Source: Vulcanibacillus sp.
Lineage (GTDB): Bacteria > Bacillota > Bacilli > Tepidibacillales > Tepidibacillaceae
Assembly: GCA_050175155.1 (NCBI GenBank)
Contig: JBFXJF010000003.1
Location: 51,945-115,944, forward strand
DNA: 64,000 nucleotides
Reading direction: 5' to 3'
The notes beneath the pieces were generated by a model. That model was given only the letters and a program-made list of their open reading frames with translations, had not been told where the DNA came from and did no database searches. Shown piece after piece: positions 50,560 through 60,079 of the stretch (position 1 is the first letter of the stretch; the number at the start of each line of letters is the position of its first letter). Both the position numbers and the translations under genes were made by a program.

Positions 50560-51542
50560 TTTCTTATGACCAACAACTTATAGAGGCAGGAAAGTTTATA
50601 AATGAAAATGATGATTTTTTAATTGTGTCCCATGTTCATCCCGATGGTGACACAATTTCTTCATCACTAGCAATTGCGTATATTTTAAATATTATGGGAA
50701 AATCATATCAACTTATAAATCAAGATAAAATACCAGATAAGTATAATTTTTTAGATATGAGCTATAAGTTTGAAGTGATATCTAGTATTGAAAAGAAGTA
50801 TACTAATTTAATAACATTAGATATTGCAGAGATTAATAGAGCTGGAAATATCAATGAATTACTTAATAAAAAAGTTCGCATTTTAAATATTGATCACCAT
50901 TTTACTAATGATAATTTCGGGGAAATTAATATTGTTATGCCATCTGCAGCAGCTACCACGGAAGTAATATACTACTTAATTAATAAGATGGGTATACAAT
51001 TTGATAAAAATTTAGCAACTTACATTTATACAGGTTTATTGACTGATACGGGCGGTTTTAGATATTCGAATACTAATTCTAATGTTATGAGGATTGCTGC
51101 CGAAATGTTAGAATATGACATATCACCAGCAAGCATAGCAGAAATTACACTAGAAACAATAACCAAGAACTATTTGGAAATTTTGAAAAAAGCATTAAGC
51201 AACTTAGAAATAGTTGAAGGGTTAAGTATTGCATGGACGACTTTAACATATTCTGATCTAGCTAATTTGGAGGAAGAAACAGAGGGGATAGTTAGTTATG
51301 CTAGGAATATTGAAGGGGTAGAGGTTGGTATTTTTTTCAGAGAAACCAGCCCAAATGAATATAAAGTTAGTTTAAGGTCAAGAAATTTTATTAATGTTGG
51401 GACTATTGCTCAAGTCTTCGGTGGCGGAGGTCATAATAGAGCAGCTGGTTTCTCATATAGTGGTCTACTTGATTCAATTAAGTCTGAACTATTAGCTGAA
51501 ATAAAAAAGACAAAAGAATGGAAAGAGTTTAATGAGTCTTAA
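50556..51542 (+). CDS. nrnA: DHH/DHHA1 phosphoesterase (NrnA-like nanoRNase/pAp phosphatase)
   Basis: 328 aa with SHVHPDGDTISS, NIDHH, TDTGGFRY and GGGGHNRAAGF. ATGA-type overlap with rbfA, and overlaps the truB start. Confidence 0.8.
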   Translation: MISYDQQLIEAGKFINENDDFLIVSHVHPDGDTISSSLAIAYILNIMGKSYQLINQDKIPDKYNFLDMSYKFEVISSIEKKYTNLITLDIAEINRAGNINELLNKKVRILNIDHHFTNDNFGEINIVMPSAAATTEVIYYLINKMGIQFDKNLATYIYTGLLTDTGGFRYSNTNSNVMRIAAEMLEYDISPASIAEITLETITKNYLEILKKALSNLEIVEGLSIAWTTLTYSDLANLEEETEGIVSYARNIEGVEVGIFFRETSPNEYKVSLRSRNFINVGTIAQVFGGGGHNRAAGFSYSGLLDSIKSELLAEIKKTKEWKEFNES

Positions 51543-52440
51543 TATTGATGGGATTTTACCAATAAATAAGTCTGCAGGCATGACTTCACACGATGTTGTA
51601 GCTAAACTCAGAAGAATATTAGGCATAAAAAAAATAGGACATACAGGAACTTTGGATCCTGATGTAACAGGTGTTTTACCTATTTGTATTGGCAAGGCGA
51701 CAAGATTGTCTGATTACCTTATGGAAATGCCGAAAACTTATAAATGTCAACTTACTTTTGGAATATCTACAGTTACACAGGATTTTTCAGGTGAGATTAC
51801 AGAGAATGTTCGTATTAATAACTTTGATATAAAGATATTAGAATCTGTAATACGTAATTTCGTTGGTGAGATTGAACAAGTACCTCCTATGTATTCTTCA
51901 GTTAAAGTTGATGGAAAAAAATTATATGAACTTGCTAGAGAAGGCAAGGAAATAACTAGAAAACCAAGGAAAATAACAATATATAGTATTGATATTGAAA
52001 AGATAGATATTAGCAAAGATTACCCGGAGATTGATTTTACTGTTAAGTGCTCAAAAGGTACATATATAAGGACATTATGCGTAGATATAGGTTTGAAAAT
52101 GGGATACCCAGCTCATATGTCAAAACTACAAAGAACTGAGAGTGGTTCTTTTAAAATAGAAAATTCCTATACAATAGAAGATGTCGAAGATTACTTAAAG
52201 GGAAATAAGCTAGATGAAATAATTTTTTCAATGGCTGATTCCTTACCTAGTTTTAATGAATTAATATTATCGAATGAAGATATAACAAACAAAATCTTTA
52301 ATGGTCAAACAATCTTTATAGATGAACTTGAATCGTATGAAGGAACATTTAAAATATTAAACAAAGAAAGAGATTTAATAGCTTTATACGAGAAAGAAAA
52401 AAATTATAAATATGCTAAACCACTAAAAGTTTTTAAATGA
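51532..52440 (+). CDS. truB: tRNA pseudouridine-55 synthase
   Basis: 302 aa with KIGHTGTLDPDVTGVLPI (catalytic Asp), QVPPMYSSVKVDGKKLYE and KGTYIRTL. Confidence 0.95.
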   Translation: MSLNIDGILPINKSAGMTSHDVVAKLRRILGIKKIGHTGTLDPDVTGVLPICIGKATRLSDYLMEMPKTYKCQLTFGISTVTQDFSGEITENVRINNFDIKILESVIRNFVGEIEQVPPMYSSVKVDGKKLYELAREGKEITRKPRKITIYSIDIEKIDISKDYPEIDFTVKCSKGTYIRTLCVDIGLKMGYPAHMSKLQRTESGSFKIENSYTIEDVEDYLKGNKLDEIIFSMADSLPSFNELILSNEDITNKIFNGQTIFIDELESYEGTFKILNKERDLIALYEKEKNYKYAKPLKVFK

Positions 52441-52477
52441 TGACTTTTCATATTTATAGATTAAAAGGCGGAAAAAA

Positions 52478-53410
52478 ATGATTGTTTATAATATTATAGA
52501 TACGAATATCAAATATAAGCAAAGTCCAAATATTATGGCAATAGGGTATTTTGATGGAGTACATTTAGGTCATCAAAAGGTAATATCTAAGGCGCTCGAA
52601 AGAGCAAAGGAAAATAATATAATATGTAGTGTAATGATATTCGAACCGCATCCACATGAAATAATTGGAGTCACAAACAAGGTTGAGAAAATAACACCAA
52701 TAAACAGTAAAATTAATCAACTTAAAAAACTCGGTGTTAATATATGTTATATAGTTAAATTTACAAAAAACTTCGCAAATACCAGCCCAAGAAACTTTAT
52801 TGATGAAATTTTAATTCAACTGAATGTTAAAGGGATTGTAGTAGGATATGATTTCACTTTTGGTAAAAACGGTTCTGGAAATCCTGAAACATTAAAAGAA
52901 TTAAGTAAAAACATTTATACAGTAGATATTATAGAACCTTATTTTTTATCTAATATAAAAATAAGTAGCACTAGAATTAGGGATTGTTTAATTAGTGGTA
53001 ATATTACTGATGCAAATAAAATGCTCGGTAGAAGTTATTCTTTTAAAGGGAAAGTGGTACATGGGGATGGAAGAGGAAGAGATATAGGATTTCCAACTGT
53101 TAATTTAGAGTTAATTGACGACTATAGTAAAATAAAGAATGGTGTTTATACTGTTAATGTTAAATATAATGGTAATAAATTATTAGGTGTTATGAATGTT
53201 GGTTACAGACCGACATTTTCACCTGATAATGTAATTAAATACGAAGTATACATAATCGATTTCAATGAAGAAATATATGGACAAGAATTAGAAGTTGAGT
53301 TACTTTATTATTTAAGGGAAGAAAAAAAATATAGTAACATAGAGGATTTGAAAAAACAAATAAATATTGATATTGTTAGTGCAGAAGAGTTTAAAGTTGA
53401 TATAATATAG
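52478..53410 (+). CDS. ribF: Bifunctional riboflavin kinase/FMN adenylyltransferase
   Basis: 310 aa with GYFDGVHLGHQ, FTFG.NGSG, SSTRIR and GRDIGFPTVNL. Confidence 0.9.
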   Translation: MIVYNIIDTNIKYKQSPNIMAIGYFDGVHLGHQKVISKALERAKENNIICSVMIFEPHPHEIIGVTNKVEKITPINSKINQLKKLGVNICYIVKFTKNFANTSPRNFIDEILIQLNVKGIVVGYDFTFGKNGSGNPETLKELSKNIYTVDIIEPYFLSNIKISSTRIRDCLISGNITDANKMLGRSYSFKGKVVHGDGRGRDIGFPTVNLELIDDYSKIKNGVYTVNVKYNGNKLLGVMNVGYRPTFSPDNVIKYEVYIIDFNEEIYGQELEVELLYYLREEKKYSNIEDLKKQINIDIVSAEEFKVDII

Positions 53411-53437
53411 TTTAGCTTTACTTTTTTTACCTAAATA

Positions 53438-53446
53438 TGCTATAAT
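53438..53446 (+). promoter_or_regulatory. Candidate extended -10 element for rpsO
   Basis: TGcTATAAT about 110 nt upstream of rpsO. The -35 (TTACTT) is poor. Confidence 0.35.
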
Positions 53447-53556
53447 ATAAAATGTTGTTTATATAGAAATATACTATATAAAAATTACTTATTCTAGGAT
53501 TAGCGATACTCCGACGTTTTTCTTGGTATAAGGATAAAATTTAAAGGAGGAAAAAA

Positions 53557-53823
53557 ATGCTTACACAAGAACGTAAACAGAAATTAATTGAAGATTACAA
53601 AATTCATGACACGGACACTGGGTCTCCGGAAATACAGATTGCTATACTTACTGATAAAATCAATTACTTAAATGAACATTTACGTGTTCATAAGAAAGAT
53701 CATCATTCTCGTCGGGGATTATTGAAGATGGTTGGAAAACGTCGTCATTTATTAACTTATCTAAAAAACAAAGATATTCAACGTTATCGTGAGTTAATTA
53801 CAAAAGTTGGTTTAAGAAGGTAA
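53557..53823 (+). CDS. rpsO: 30S ribosomal protein S15
   Basis: 88 aa with [29 protein letters not shown] and MVGKRR. Confidence 0.97.
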   Translation: MLTQERKQKLIEDYKIHDTDTGSPEIQIAILTDKINYLNEHLRVHKKDHHSRRGLLKMVGKRRHLLTYLKNKDIQRYRELITKVGLRR

Positions 53824-53845
53824 ATATTATTAACAATTATATTAT

Positions 53846-53872
53846 AAAAAGCGGGCTTATCCCGCTTTTTAT
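53846..53872 (+). terminator. Intrinsic terminator after rpsO
   Basis: AAAAAGCGGG-CTTAT-CCCGCTTTTT, a GC-cored stem flanked by A and T runs. Confidence 0.8.
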
Positions 53873-53963
53873 AATATATATTTATTATATTTGGTTTATA
53901 ATGGAGATAATAGTTAATATACATAGAAGCTAAATAATAATCCTTATAAGGAGGGAGTTTTTT

Positions 53964-56072
53964 TTGGATATGAATAAAAAAATTTATAAGTTCGATTTAG
54001 ATGGGCGATCTCTAGTTATAGAAACTGGTGAACTGGCTAAACAAGCTAATGCGTCAGTTTTAGTAAGATTTGAAGATACTGTTATACTTGTTGCTGTTAC
54101 ATCATCAAAAGAACCTAAGAATTTAGATTTTTTCCCATTAACAGTTAATTATGAAGAACGTCTCTACGCAGTCGGAAAGATTCCGGGAGGCTTTATAAAG
54201 AGAGAGGGCAGACCGAGTGAGAAAGCAATATTAGCTAGTAGACTAATTGATAGACCAATTCGTCCGCTTTTTCCAGATGGTTTTAGAAATGAAGTTCAAA
54301 TATCCGCAACTGTTCTTTCAGCAGATCAGAATTGTTCTTCAGAGATAGCAGCTATGATTGGAACATCATTGGCGTTATCTATTTCTGATATTCCTTTTAG
54401 TGGACCTATTGCAGGAGTGGAAGTTGGTAGAATAGATGGTAAATTTATAATAAACCCAACCATGGAAGAAATGGGAAAAAGTGATATTAATTTAACTGTT
54501 GCTGGTACTTTTGAAGCTATAAACATGGTAGAGGCTGGCGCTAAGATGGTATCAGAAGAAATTATGCTTGAGGCTATTATGTTTGGGCATGAAAAGATTA
54601 AGGAGTTAATTAGTTTTCAAGAGAAGATTATTAGTGAAATCGGTAAAGAAAAGATAAAAGTAATTCTTCAGCAAGTAGATCCACAAATTGATGAAATTGT
54701 TAAAAACTATGCAAAAGTTAAAATAGTTCAAGCTATTCAAATTGAAGAAAAACATGCTAGACAAGAAGAACTTGATAAAATTATTAAAGAAACAATGGAA
54801 TTCTTCACTAATGAATATGAAGAAAAACTTAAAGATATCGAAGAAGTTCTTAATAAAATTATTAAAGATGAAGTGAGAAGATTAATTTTGGACGAATCTA
54901 TAAGACCTGATGGTAGAGGTCTTGATGAAATAAGACCTATTTCTACATCTATTGGATTACTTCCAAGACCACACGGTTCTGGATTGTTCACTCGCGGGCA
55001 AACACAGGCTTTGAGTGTCTGTACCTTAGGGGCATTGGGAGATATGCAGATCCTAGATGGATTAGATTTAGAAGAATCTAAGAGATTTATGCATCATTAC
55101 AATTTCCCACCATTTAGTGTTGGTGAGGCAAGACCCCTTAGGGGACCAGGTAGAAGAGAGATTGGACATGGTGCACTTGGAGAAAGAGCTTTGGAGCCAA
55201 TTATTCCTTCAGAAGAAGATTTCCCTTATACAATTCGATTAGTTGCGGAAGTCCTAGAGTCAAACGGATCATCTTCTCAAGCAAGTATATGCGCTGGTAC
55301 TTTATCTTTAATGCATGCTGGTGTTCCGATAAAGGCTCCGGTAGCAGGTATAGCAATGGGATTAATTAAAGATGGTGATAAAGTTGCAGTTTTGACTGAT
55401 ATTCAAGGATTGGAAGATCATTTTGGTGATATGGATTTTAAGGTTGCTGGTACAAGTCAGGGAATTACAGCACTACAAATGGATATAAAAATTCTTGGGA
55501 TTAATAGAGAAATTCTTGAAAAAGCATTGAAACAGGCTAAAGATGGAAGAATGTTTATATTGGGTAAAATGAATGAAACTATATCTGAACCTAATAAAGA
55601 GATGTCAAAATACGCACCAAAGATTATTACTTTAAAAATTAATTCTGAAAAAATTAGAGATGTAATTGGTCCAAGTGGCAGGATAATAAATAAAATTATT
55701 GAAGACACGGGTGTAAAGATAGATATTGAGCAAGATGGTAGAATTTTCATAGCATCAACTAATACAGAAATGAATGAGAAAGCAAAAAAAATAATTGAGG
55801 ATTTAGTTAAAGAAGTTGAAATTGGTCAAACATATTTAGGAATAGTAAAAAGAATAGAGAAGTTTGGGGCATTTGTAGAAATTTTTCAAGGAAAAGAAGG
55901 ACTAGTTCATATCTCGCAATTAGATATAAATCGAGTAGAAAAAGTAGAAGATGTTATAGCAATTGGAGATTCAATAATGGTTAAAGTAACTGAAATTGAC
56001 AATCAGGGACGTATAAATCTTTCCCGAAAAGCAGCATTAAAAGATAACCAAGTTAGTAGTGAAAATAGTTAA
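53964..56072 (+). CDS. pnp: Polyribonucleotide nucleotidyltransferase (PNPase)
   Basis: 702 aa with [33 protein letters not shown], two RNase PH domains, KH ([11 protein letters not shown]) and S1 ([13 protein letters not shown]). TTG 53964 is 7 nt after AAGGAGGG; ATG 53970 is an alternative start. Confidence 0.97.
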   Translation: MDMNKKIYKFDLDGRSLVIETGELAKQANASVLVRFEDTVILVAVTSSKEPKNLDFFPLTVNYEERLYAVGKIPGGFIKREGRPSEKAILASRLIDRPIRPLFPDGFRNEVQISATVLSADQNCSSEIAAMIGTSLALSISDIPFSGPIAGVEVGRIDGKFIINPTMEEMGKSDINLTVAGTFEAINMVEAGAKMVSEEIMLEAIMFGHEKIKELISFQEKIISEIGKEKIKVILQQVDPQIDEIVKNYAKVKIVQAIQIEEKHARQEELDKIIKETMEFFTNEYEEKLKDIEEVLNKIIKDEVRRLILDESIRPDGRGLDEIRPISTSIGLLPRPHGSGLFTRGQTQALSVCTLGALGDMQILDGLDLEESKRFMHHYNFPPFSVGEARPLRGPGRREIGHGALGERALEPIIPSEEDFPYTIRLVAEVLESNGSSSQASICAGTLSLMHAGVPIKAPVAGIAMGLIKDGDKVAVLTDIQGLEDHFGDMDFKVAGTSQGITALQMDIKILGINREILEKALKQAKDGRMFILGKMNETISEPNKEMSKYAPKIITLKINSEKIRDVIGPSGRIINKIIEDTGVKIDIEQDGRIFIASTNTEMNEKAKKIIEDLVKEVEIGQTYLGIVKRIEKFGAFVEIFQGKEGLVHISQLDINRVEKVEDVIAIGDSIMVKVTEIDNQGRINLSRKAALKDNQVSSENS

Positions 56073-56080
56073 TATTTTTG

Positions 56081-56109
56081 GGAGTCAGATTTATATCTGT
56101 CTCTTTTTA
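56081..56109 (+). terminator. Putative terminator after pnp
   Basis: GAGTCAGAT-TTAT-ATCTGTCTC stem (one mismatch) followed by TTTTT. Confidence 0.45.
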
Positions 56110-56115
56110 ATTTAG

Positions 56116-56144
56116 TTGAGTTAGTAATTTATTTTTGATATATT
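56116..56144 (+). promoter_or_regulatory. Candidate sigmaA promoter for ymxG-dut-(spo0E-like)
   Basis: TTGAGT-N17-TATATT with an extended -10 TG (TGaTATATT), 40 nt upstream of the ymxG GTG. Confidence 0.45.
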
Positions 56145-56185
56145 AAAGTAGTTGTTATTTGGAATAACGGGTAAGGGGGATATTA

Positions 56186-57445
56186 GTGATACAAAAATTC
56201 ATATTAACAAATGGTTTAAAGGTTATTATTGAGCCGATACCTACTGTTCGTTCTATTGCTATTGGAATTTGGGTAGGGAATGGATCAAGACATGAAACAG
56301 TTAGTAATAATGGTATATCCCATTTCATAGAACATATGTTATTTAAAGGGACAAAAAATAGATCTGCAAGAGAAATTGCTGAGGCATTTGATTCTATAGG
56401 TGGAATAATTAATGCTTTTACTTCAAAGGAATATACATGTTATTATACAAAATTATTAGATGAACATGTAGAGATGGGAATATCTTTATTATCGGATATG
56501 TTTTTTAATTCTAAGTTTGATCAACAAGAATTAGATATGGAAAAAAACGTTGTTCTTGAGGAAATTAAGATGAATGAGGATGCTCCAGATGATCAAATTC
56601 ATGATTTAATAGCCAACGTTTCATTTAAAGGTGATTCTTTAGGATTTCCCATTTTAGGAAGCGAAACTGTATTAAATAGTTTAACAAGAGACGATATCGT
56701 AAATTTTGTTAAAAATAAATATACGGTTAATAATTCTGTAATTACATTAGCAGGAAACACACCTGATAACATTATTGAACTTATAGAAACTTATTTTGAG
56801 CCATTTGGTAATTATGGTCCGGAAAATAATATTGGTAACGTCAATTTTAATTTTGGTGAGATGATTAAAACTAAACAAACTGAACAAGCTCATTTAGCTA
56901 TTGCATTACCTGGTCTAGCTATTTCAGACCCGAATATTTACTCTTTAATTTTATTGAATAACATAATCGGGGGGACAATGAGTTCAAGACTTTTTCAAGA
57001 GATAAGAGAAAAAAGAGGATTGGCTTATTCTGTATTTTCCTACCACTCTAGTTATAGAGATACTGGTCTATTTACGATTTATGCAGGTACTGCACCTAAA
57101 CAAGTAAATGAAGTTGTTGATATTATTAACAATACTTTATTAGATATTAAGAATTCGGGTATAAATCAAAACGAAATAACGAAAGCAAAAGAGCAATTAA
57201 AAGGTAGTTTAATGTTAAGTTTAGAAAGCACTAATAATAGGATGAACAGACTTGGCAAAAATGAATTATTGATTGGAAAGCATTTAACACTTGACGAAAT
57301 AATTACTAAGATAAATAATGTAAATTATCAATCAATATTAGAAATAACTGATAAATTGTTTTCTTATCCATATTCGTTTTCAATGATAAGTCCGTTAGAA
57401 CAAACACCTAATTCACTTAGGAGGGATGTCCTTGTTTCAAATTAA
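56186..57445 (+). CDS. ymxG: M16-family zinc peptidase (YmxG/MlpA-like)
   Basis: 419 aa with the inverted zinc motif HFIEHMLFKGT and downstream EE..M. It lies after pnp, as in Bacillus. GTG start after AAGGGGGA. Confidence 0.85.
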   Translation: MIQKFILTNGLKVIIEPIPTVRSIAIGIWVGNGSRHETVSNNGISHFIEHMLFKGTKNRSAREIAEAFDSIGGIINAFTSKEYTCYYTKLLDEHVEMGISLLSDMFFNSKFDQQELDMEKNVVLEEIKMNEDAPDDQIHDLIANVSFKGDSLGFPILGSETVLNSLTRDDIVNFVKNKYTVNNSVITLAGNTPDNIIELIETYFEPFGNYGPENNIGNVNFNFGEMIKTKQTEQAHLAIALPGLAISDPNIYSLILLNNIIGGTMSSRLFQEIREKRGLAYSVFSYHSSYRDTGLFTIYAGTAPKQVNEVVDIINNTLLDIKNSGINQNEITKAKEQLKGSLMLSLESTNNRMNRLGKNELLIGKHLTLDEIITKINNVNYQSILEITDKLFSYPYSFSMISPLEQTPNSLRRDVLVSN

Positions 57446-57890
57446 GTTAAAGAGACTTTCTGGGAGTGAAGATATTCCATTACCAGAAAGAATGTCTTCG
57501 GGTTCTAGTGGTTATGATATTTATGCCGGAGTTACGCAGGATATAATAGTTCCGATAGGAAAAAGGGCTTTAGTACCGACAGGTTTCTCTCTGGAGTTAC
57601 CACAAGGAATTGAGGCACAAATCAGACCCAGAAGTGGTTTAGCATTAAAGCATGGAGTAACATTATTAAATACACCTGGGACTATAGATGCCGATTATCG
57701 TGGTGAAGTAAAAATTATTATTATTAATTTAGGCGAAGAAGATTTTATAATTAAACGTTATGATCGAATAGCTCAATTAGTTTTTGTGGAAATTCCAAGT
57801 GTATCACTCAATGAAACTAATGAAATTAGTGAAACAAATAGAGGTATTGGAGGATTTGGGCATACAGGATTAAATTTAAAGGAGCATTAA
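57426..57890 (+). CDS. dut: dUTP diphosphatase
   Basis: 154 aa with GSSGYDIYA, RPRSGLALKHGV, GTIDADYRGE and GGFGHTG. Overlaps the end of ymxG. An in-frame TTG at 57432 is an alternative start. Confidence 0.9.
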   Translation: MSLFQIKLKRLSGSEDIPLPERMSSGSSGYDIYAGVTQDIIVPIGKRALVPTGFSLELPQGIEAQIRPRSGLALKHGVTLLNTPGTIDADYRGEVKIIIINLGEEDFIIKRYDRIAQLVFVEIPSVSLNETNEISETNRGIGGFGHTGLNLKEH

Positions 57891-57892
57891 TT

Positions 57893-58060
57893 ATGGATGA
57901 GAATGATTTTCTAGATGATATAGAGAACCTCCGCAATAAATTACATGATAAAGTTGGAAATAAGGAAATTAATGATACTGAAATTTTAAAGGATGAAGAA
58001 TTAATAAAAATTAGTAATAAATTAGATGAACTTATTCTTAAATATATGACACAAAAGTAA
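57893..58060 (+). CDS. Spo0E-family aspartyl-phosphate phosphatase-like small protein (absent from the ORF track, 55 aa)
   Basis: ATG 8 nt after AAAGGAG and 2 nt after the dut stop. Translation: MDENDFLDDIENLRNKLHDKVGNKEINDTEILKDEELIKISNKLDELILKYMTQK. The IENLRNKL...SNKLDELILKY pattern matches the Spo0E-family signature (I..LR..L ... SqeLD.LI..Y). Confidence 0.65.
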   Translation: MDENDFLDDIENLRNKLHDKVGNKEINDTEILKDEELIKISNKLDELILKYMTQK

Positions 58061-58070
58061 ACAACGAATT

Positions 58071-58099
58071 AGAGGGACAAATAAAAGTCCTTTTTTTTA
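58071..58099 (+). terminator. Putative terminator after the spo0E-like ORF
   Basis: Short GGAC/GTCC core, extendable with A-T and G.U pairs, followed by a T8 run. Confidence 0.4.
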
Positions 58100-58110
58100 T
58101 TGTCAAAAAG

Positions 58111-58139
58111 TAATTTTTCAAAAGAATTAAGCATAAAAA
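58111..58139 (+). promoter_or_regulatory. Weak sigmaE-like (mother-cell) promoter candidate upstream of ymxH
   Basis: TAATTTT-N14-CATAAAAA compared with the remembered sigmaE consensus ZHATAXX-N14-CATACAHT (6/7 and 6/8 matches). This is an AT-only, low-information match. Confidence 0.2.
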
Positions 58140-58167
58140 GAAAACAAGAATTTATTATGGAGGTTGT

Positions 58168-58410
58168 ATGGATATGAGGTTTAGTGATCTAAATGGAAAA
58201 GAAATAATCGATGTAATCAGTGGAGAACGATTAGGAGTCGTAGGAAATATTGATTTAGTAATAAATCCAAACACAGGAGAAATTGAATCTTTGCTTTTAC
58301 CACAAGGTTCACTATTTATACTGGGAAAACAAAAAGAAGAAATTTGTATTTCATGGAAATTTATTCGCAAAATAGGTTCTGATATGATACTTGTTGAAAA
58401 AAAAGATTAA
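58168..58410 (+). CDS. ymxH: YlmC/YmxH-family PRC-barrel sporulation protein
   Basis: 80 aa. MRFSDLNGKEIIDVISGERLGVVGNIDLVINPNTGEIESLLLP is typical of the family. ATG 58174 is an alternative start. Confidence 0.8.
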   Translation: MDMRFSDLNGKEIIDVISGERLGVVGNIDLVINPNTGEIESLLLPQGSLFILGKQKEEICISWKFIRKIGSDMILVEKKD

Positions 58411-58562
58411 TTAAATCCTACTAAATATATAGTCACCACATTTTGGGCTTAAGAATATTATAATTCTAGAAAAAATGCATTAATTATTGGAAAAATAATT
58501 ATAAACTTACCTTGCATTTTTGATTTTTTCAAGTAAAATGTTTGGAAAGGGGTAACGTTAAA

Positions 58563-59462
58563 TTGCTGACTGGAATTAGAGTTGGTTTTATAGGTGGTGA
58601 CGCTCGTCAACTTGAAGTAATTAAAAAAATTTCTAGTATGGATGCTATAGTTACTTTGATAGGTTTTGAAAATATAGAAAATAATTTTAAGGATATTTAT
58701 TTTGGAGAATTAGATAATGTTGTCATTCAAAACGTTGATGTTCTTATACTTCCAATAATAGGAACTGATGATGAAGGATATATTGAAAGTATTTTTAGTG
58801 AAAAAAAAATAATGCTGTCTAAAGATTGTTTGTCAAAATTTCCAAATAACAGTATTTTATTTACTGGTATAGCAAGGCCTTACTTAAAAAATATGTGTGA
58901 TGAATTAAACATTAATTTAGTTGAATTATTAAATCGTGATGATGTTGCAATTTATAATTCCATTCCTACTGTTGAAGGAGCGTTGATGTTTACTATTCAG
59001 AACACTGACTTTACAATACATGGGTCAAAGGCAATTGTATTAGGTTTTGGCAGAACAGGAATTACCTTAGCTAGAGTTTTAGATGCTTTGGGAGCAAGTG
59101 TAAGCGTAGGAGTAAGGAAAATAGAATATATGGCAAGGATTTATGAAATGGGGTTGGAATCATTTCATATTGATGATTTAGATAAGAATGTATCAGAAGT
59201 AGATTTGTTATTTAATACTATACCACAAATGATTATTACAGAAAAAATAATTGCAAATATGCCTCTGCATGCTTTTATATTTGATTTAGCTTCGAAACCA
59301 GGAGGGACAGATTTCCATTATGCAGAAAAAAGAGGTATAAAAGCGATGTTAGCCCCTGGATTACCTGGTATTATAGCTCCGAAGACAGCTGGAAATATAA
59401 TCGGTGATGTAATTATTAAGTCGATTATAGAGCATTTTGGTGTTTCGGAGGTAGTACAATGA
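58563..59462 (+). CDS. dpaA: Dipicolinate synthase subunit A
   Basis: A start at TTG 58563, 10 nt after AAAGGGG, gives (M)LTGIRVGFIGGDARQLEVIKK, which is colinear with the B. subtilis SpoVFA N-terminus. Also DDVAIYNSIPTVEGA and LASKPGGTDF. The track ORF starts at TTG 58542. Confidence 0.85.
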   Translation: MLTGIRVGFIGGDARQLEVIKKISSMDAIVTLIGFENIENNFKDIYFGELDNVVIQNVDVLILPIIGTDDEGYIESIFSEKKIMLSKDCLSKFPNNSILFTGIARPYLKNMCDELNINLVELLNRDDVAIYNSIPTVEGALMFTIQNTDFTIHGSKAIVLGFGRTGITLARVLDALGASVSVGVRKIEYMARIYEMGLESFHIDDLDKNVSEVDLLFNTIPQMIITEKIIANMPLHAFIFDLASKPGGTDFHYAEKRGIKAMLAPGLPGIIAPKTAGNIIGDVIIKSIIEHFGVSEVVQ

Positions 59463-60052
59463 AAGTATATGGTAAAACAATTGGATTTGCTTTAACCGGT
59501 TCTCATTGTACTATTTCAAAAGTTATCCCCCAAATAAAAATACTTGTTGATGAGGGAGCTAATGTTATACCAATTATTAGTCATAATTTAATGGTTACCG
59601 ATACGAGATTTGGAGATACAATTAATTGGCAAAGACAGTTAAAAGAAATAACAGGTAATGAGATTATTACAACAATAGTTGAAGCTGAAAGCATAGGACC
59701 TAACAGGTTATTAGATTTGGTTATAATAGCACCAGCTACTGGTAATACAATTAGCAAATTGGCTAACGCAATTACGGATACGGCAGTTTTAATGGCTACC
59801 AAAGCACATTTAAGAAACATGAAACCTGTTGTAATAGCTATATCTACTAACGATGGTCTTGGTCTAAACGGTCAAAACATAGGAAAACTATTTTCAACTA
59901 AAAATATATTTCTAGTTCCATTCGGACAAGATTCACCTTTTAAAAAGCCGAATTCATTAGTTGCAAAAATGGATATGATTTTAGAAACATGTGAATATGC
60001 TTTAGAAAACAAACAGATTCAACCAGTTATTATAGCAAAATTTAATGATTAA
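59459..60052 (+). CDS. dpaB: Dipicolinate synthase subunit B
   Basis: 197-aa flavoprotein-like protein (GFALTGSHCT, APATGNTISKLANAITD). ATGA overlap with dpaA. Confidence 0.85.
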   Translation: MKVYGKTIGFALTGSHCTISKVIPQIKILVDEGANVIPIISHNLMVTDTRFGDTINWQRQLKEITGNEIITTIVEAESIGPNRLLDLVIIAPATGNTISKLANAITDTAVLMATKAHLRNMKPVVIAISTNDGLGLNGQNIGKLFSTKNIFLVPFGQDSPFKKPNSLVAKMDMILETCEYALENKQIQPVIIAKFND

Positions 60053-60079
60053 CAATAATGAATTTTCAGGAGGAAAAAT

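Noticed and set aside
58411-58562. Search for a sigmaK-type promoter (AC-N17-CATANNNTA) upstream of dpaA
   Set aside because: The only near-match is CATTAATTA, with no AC at the right spacing. dpaA may be co-transcribed with ymxH, so no call can be supported from sequence alone.
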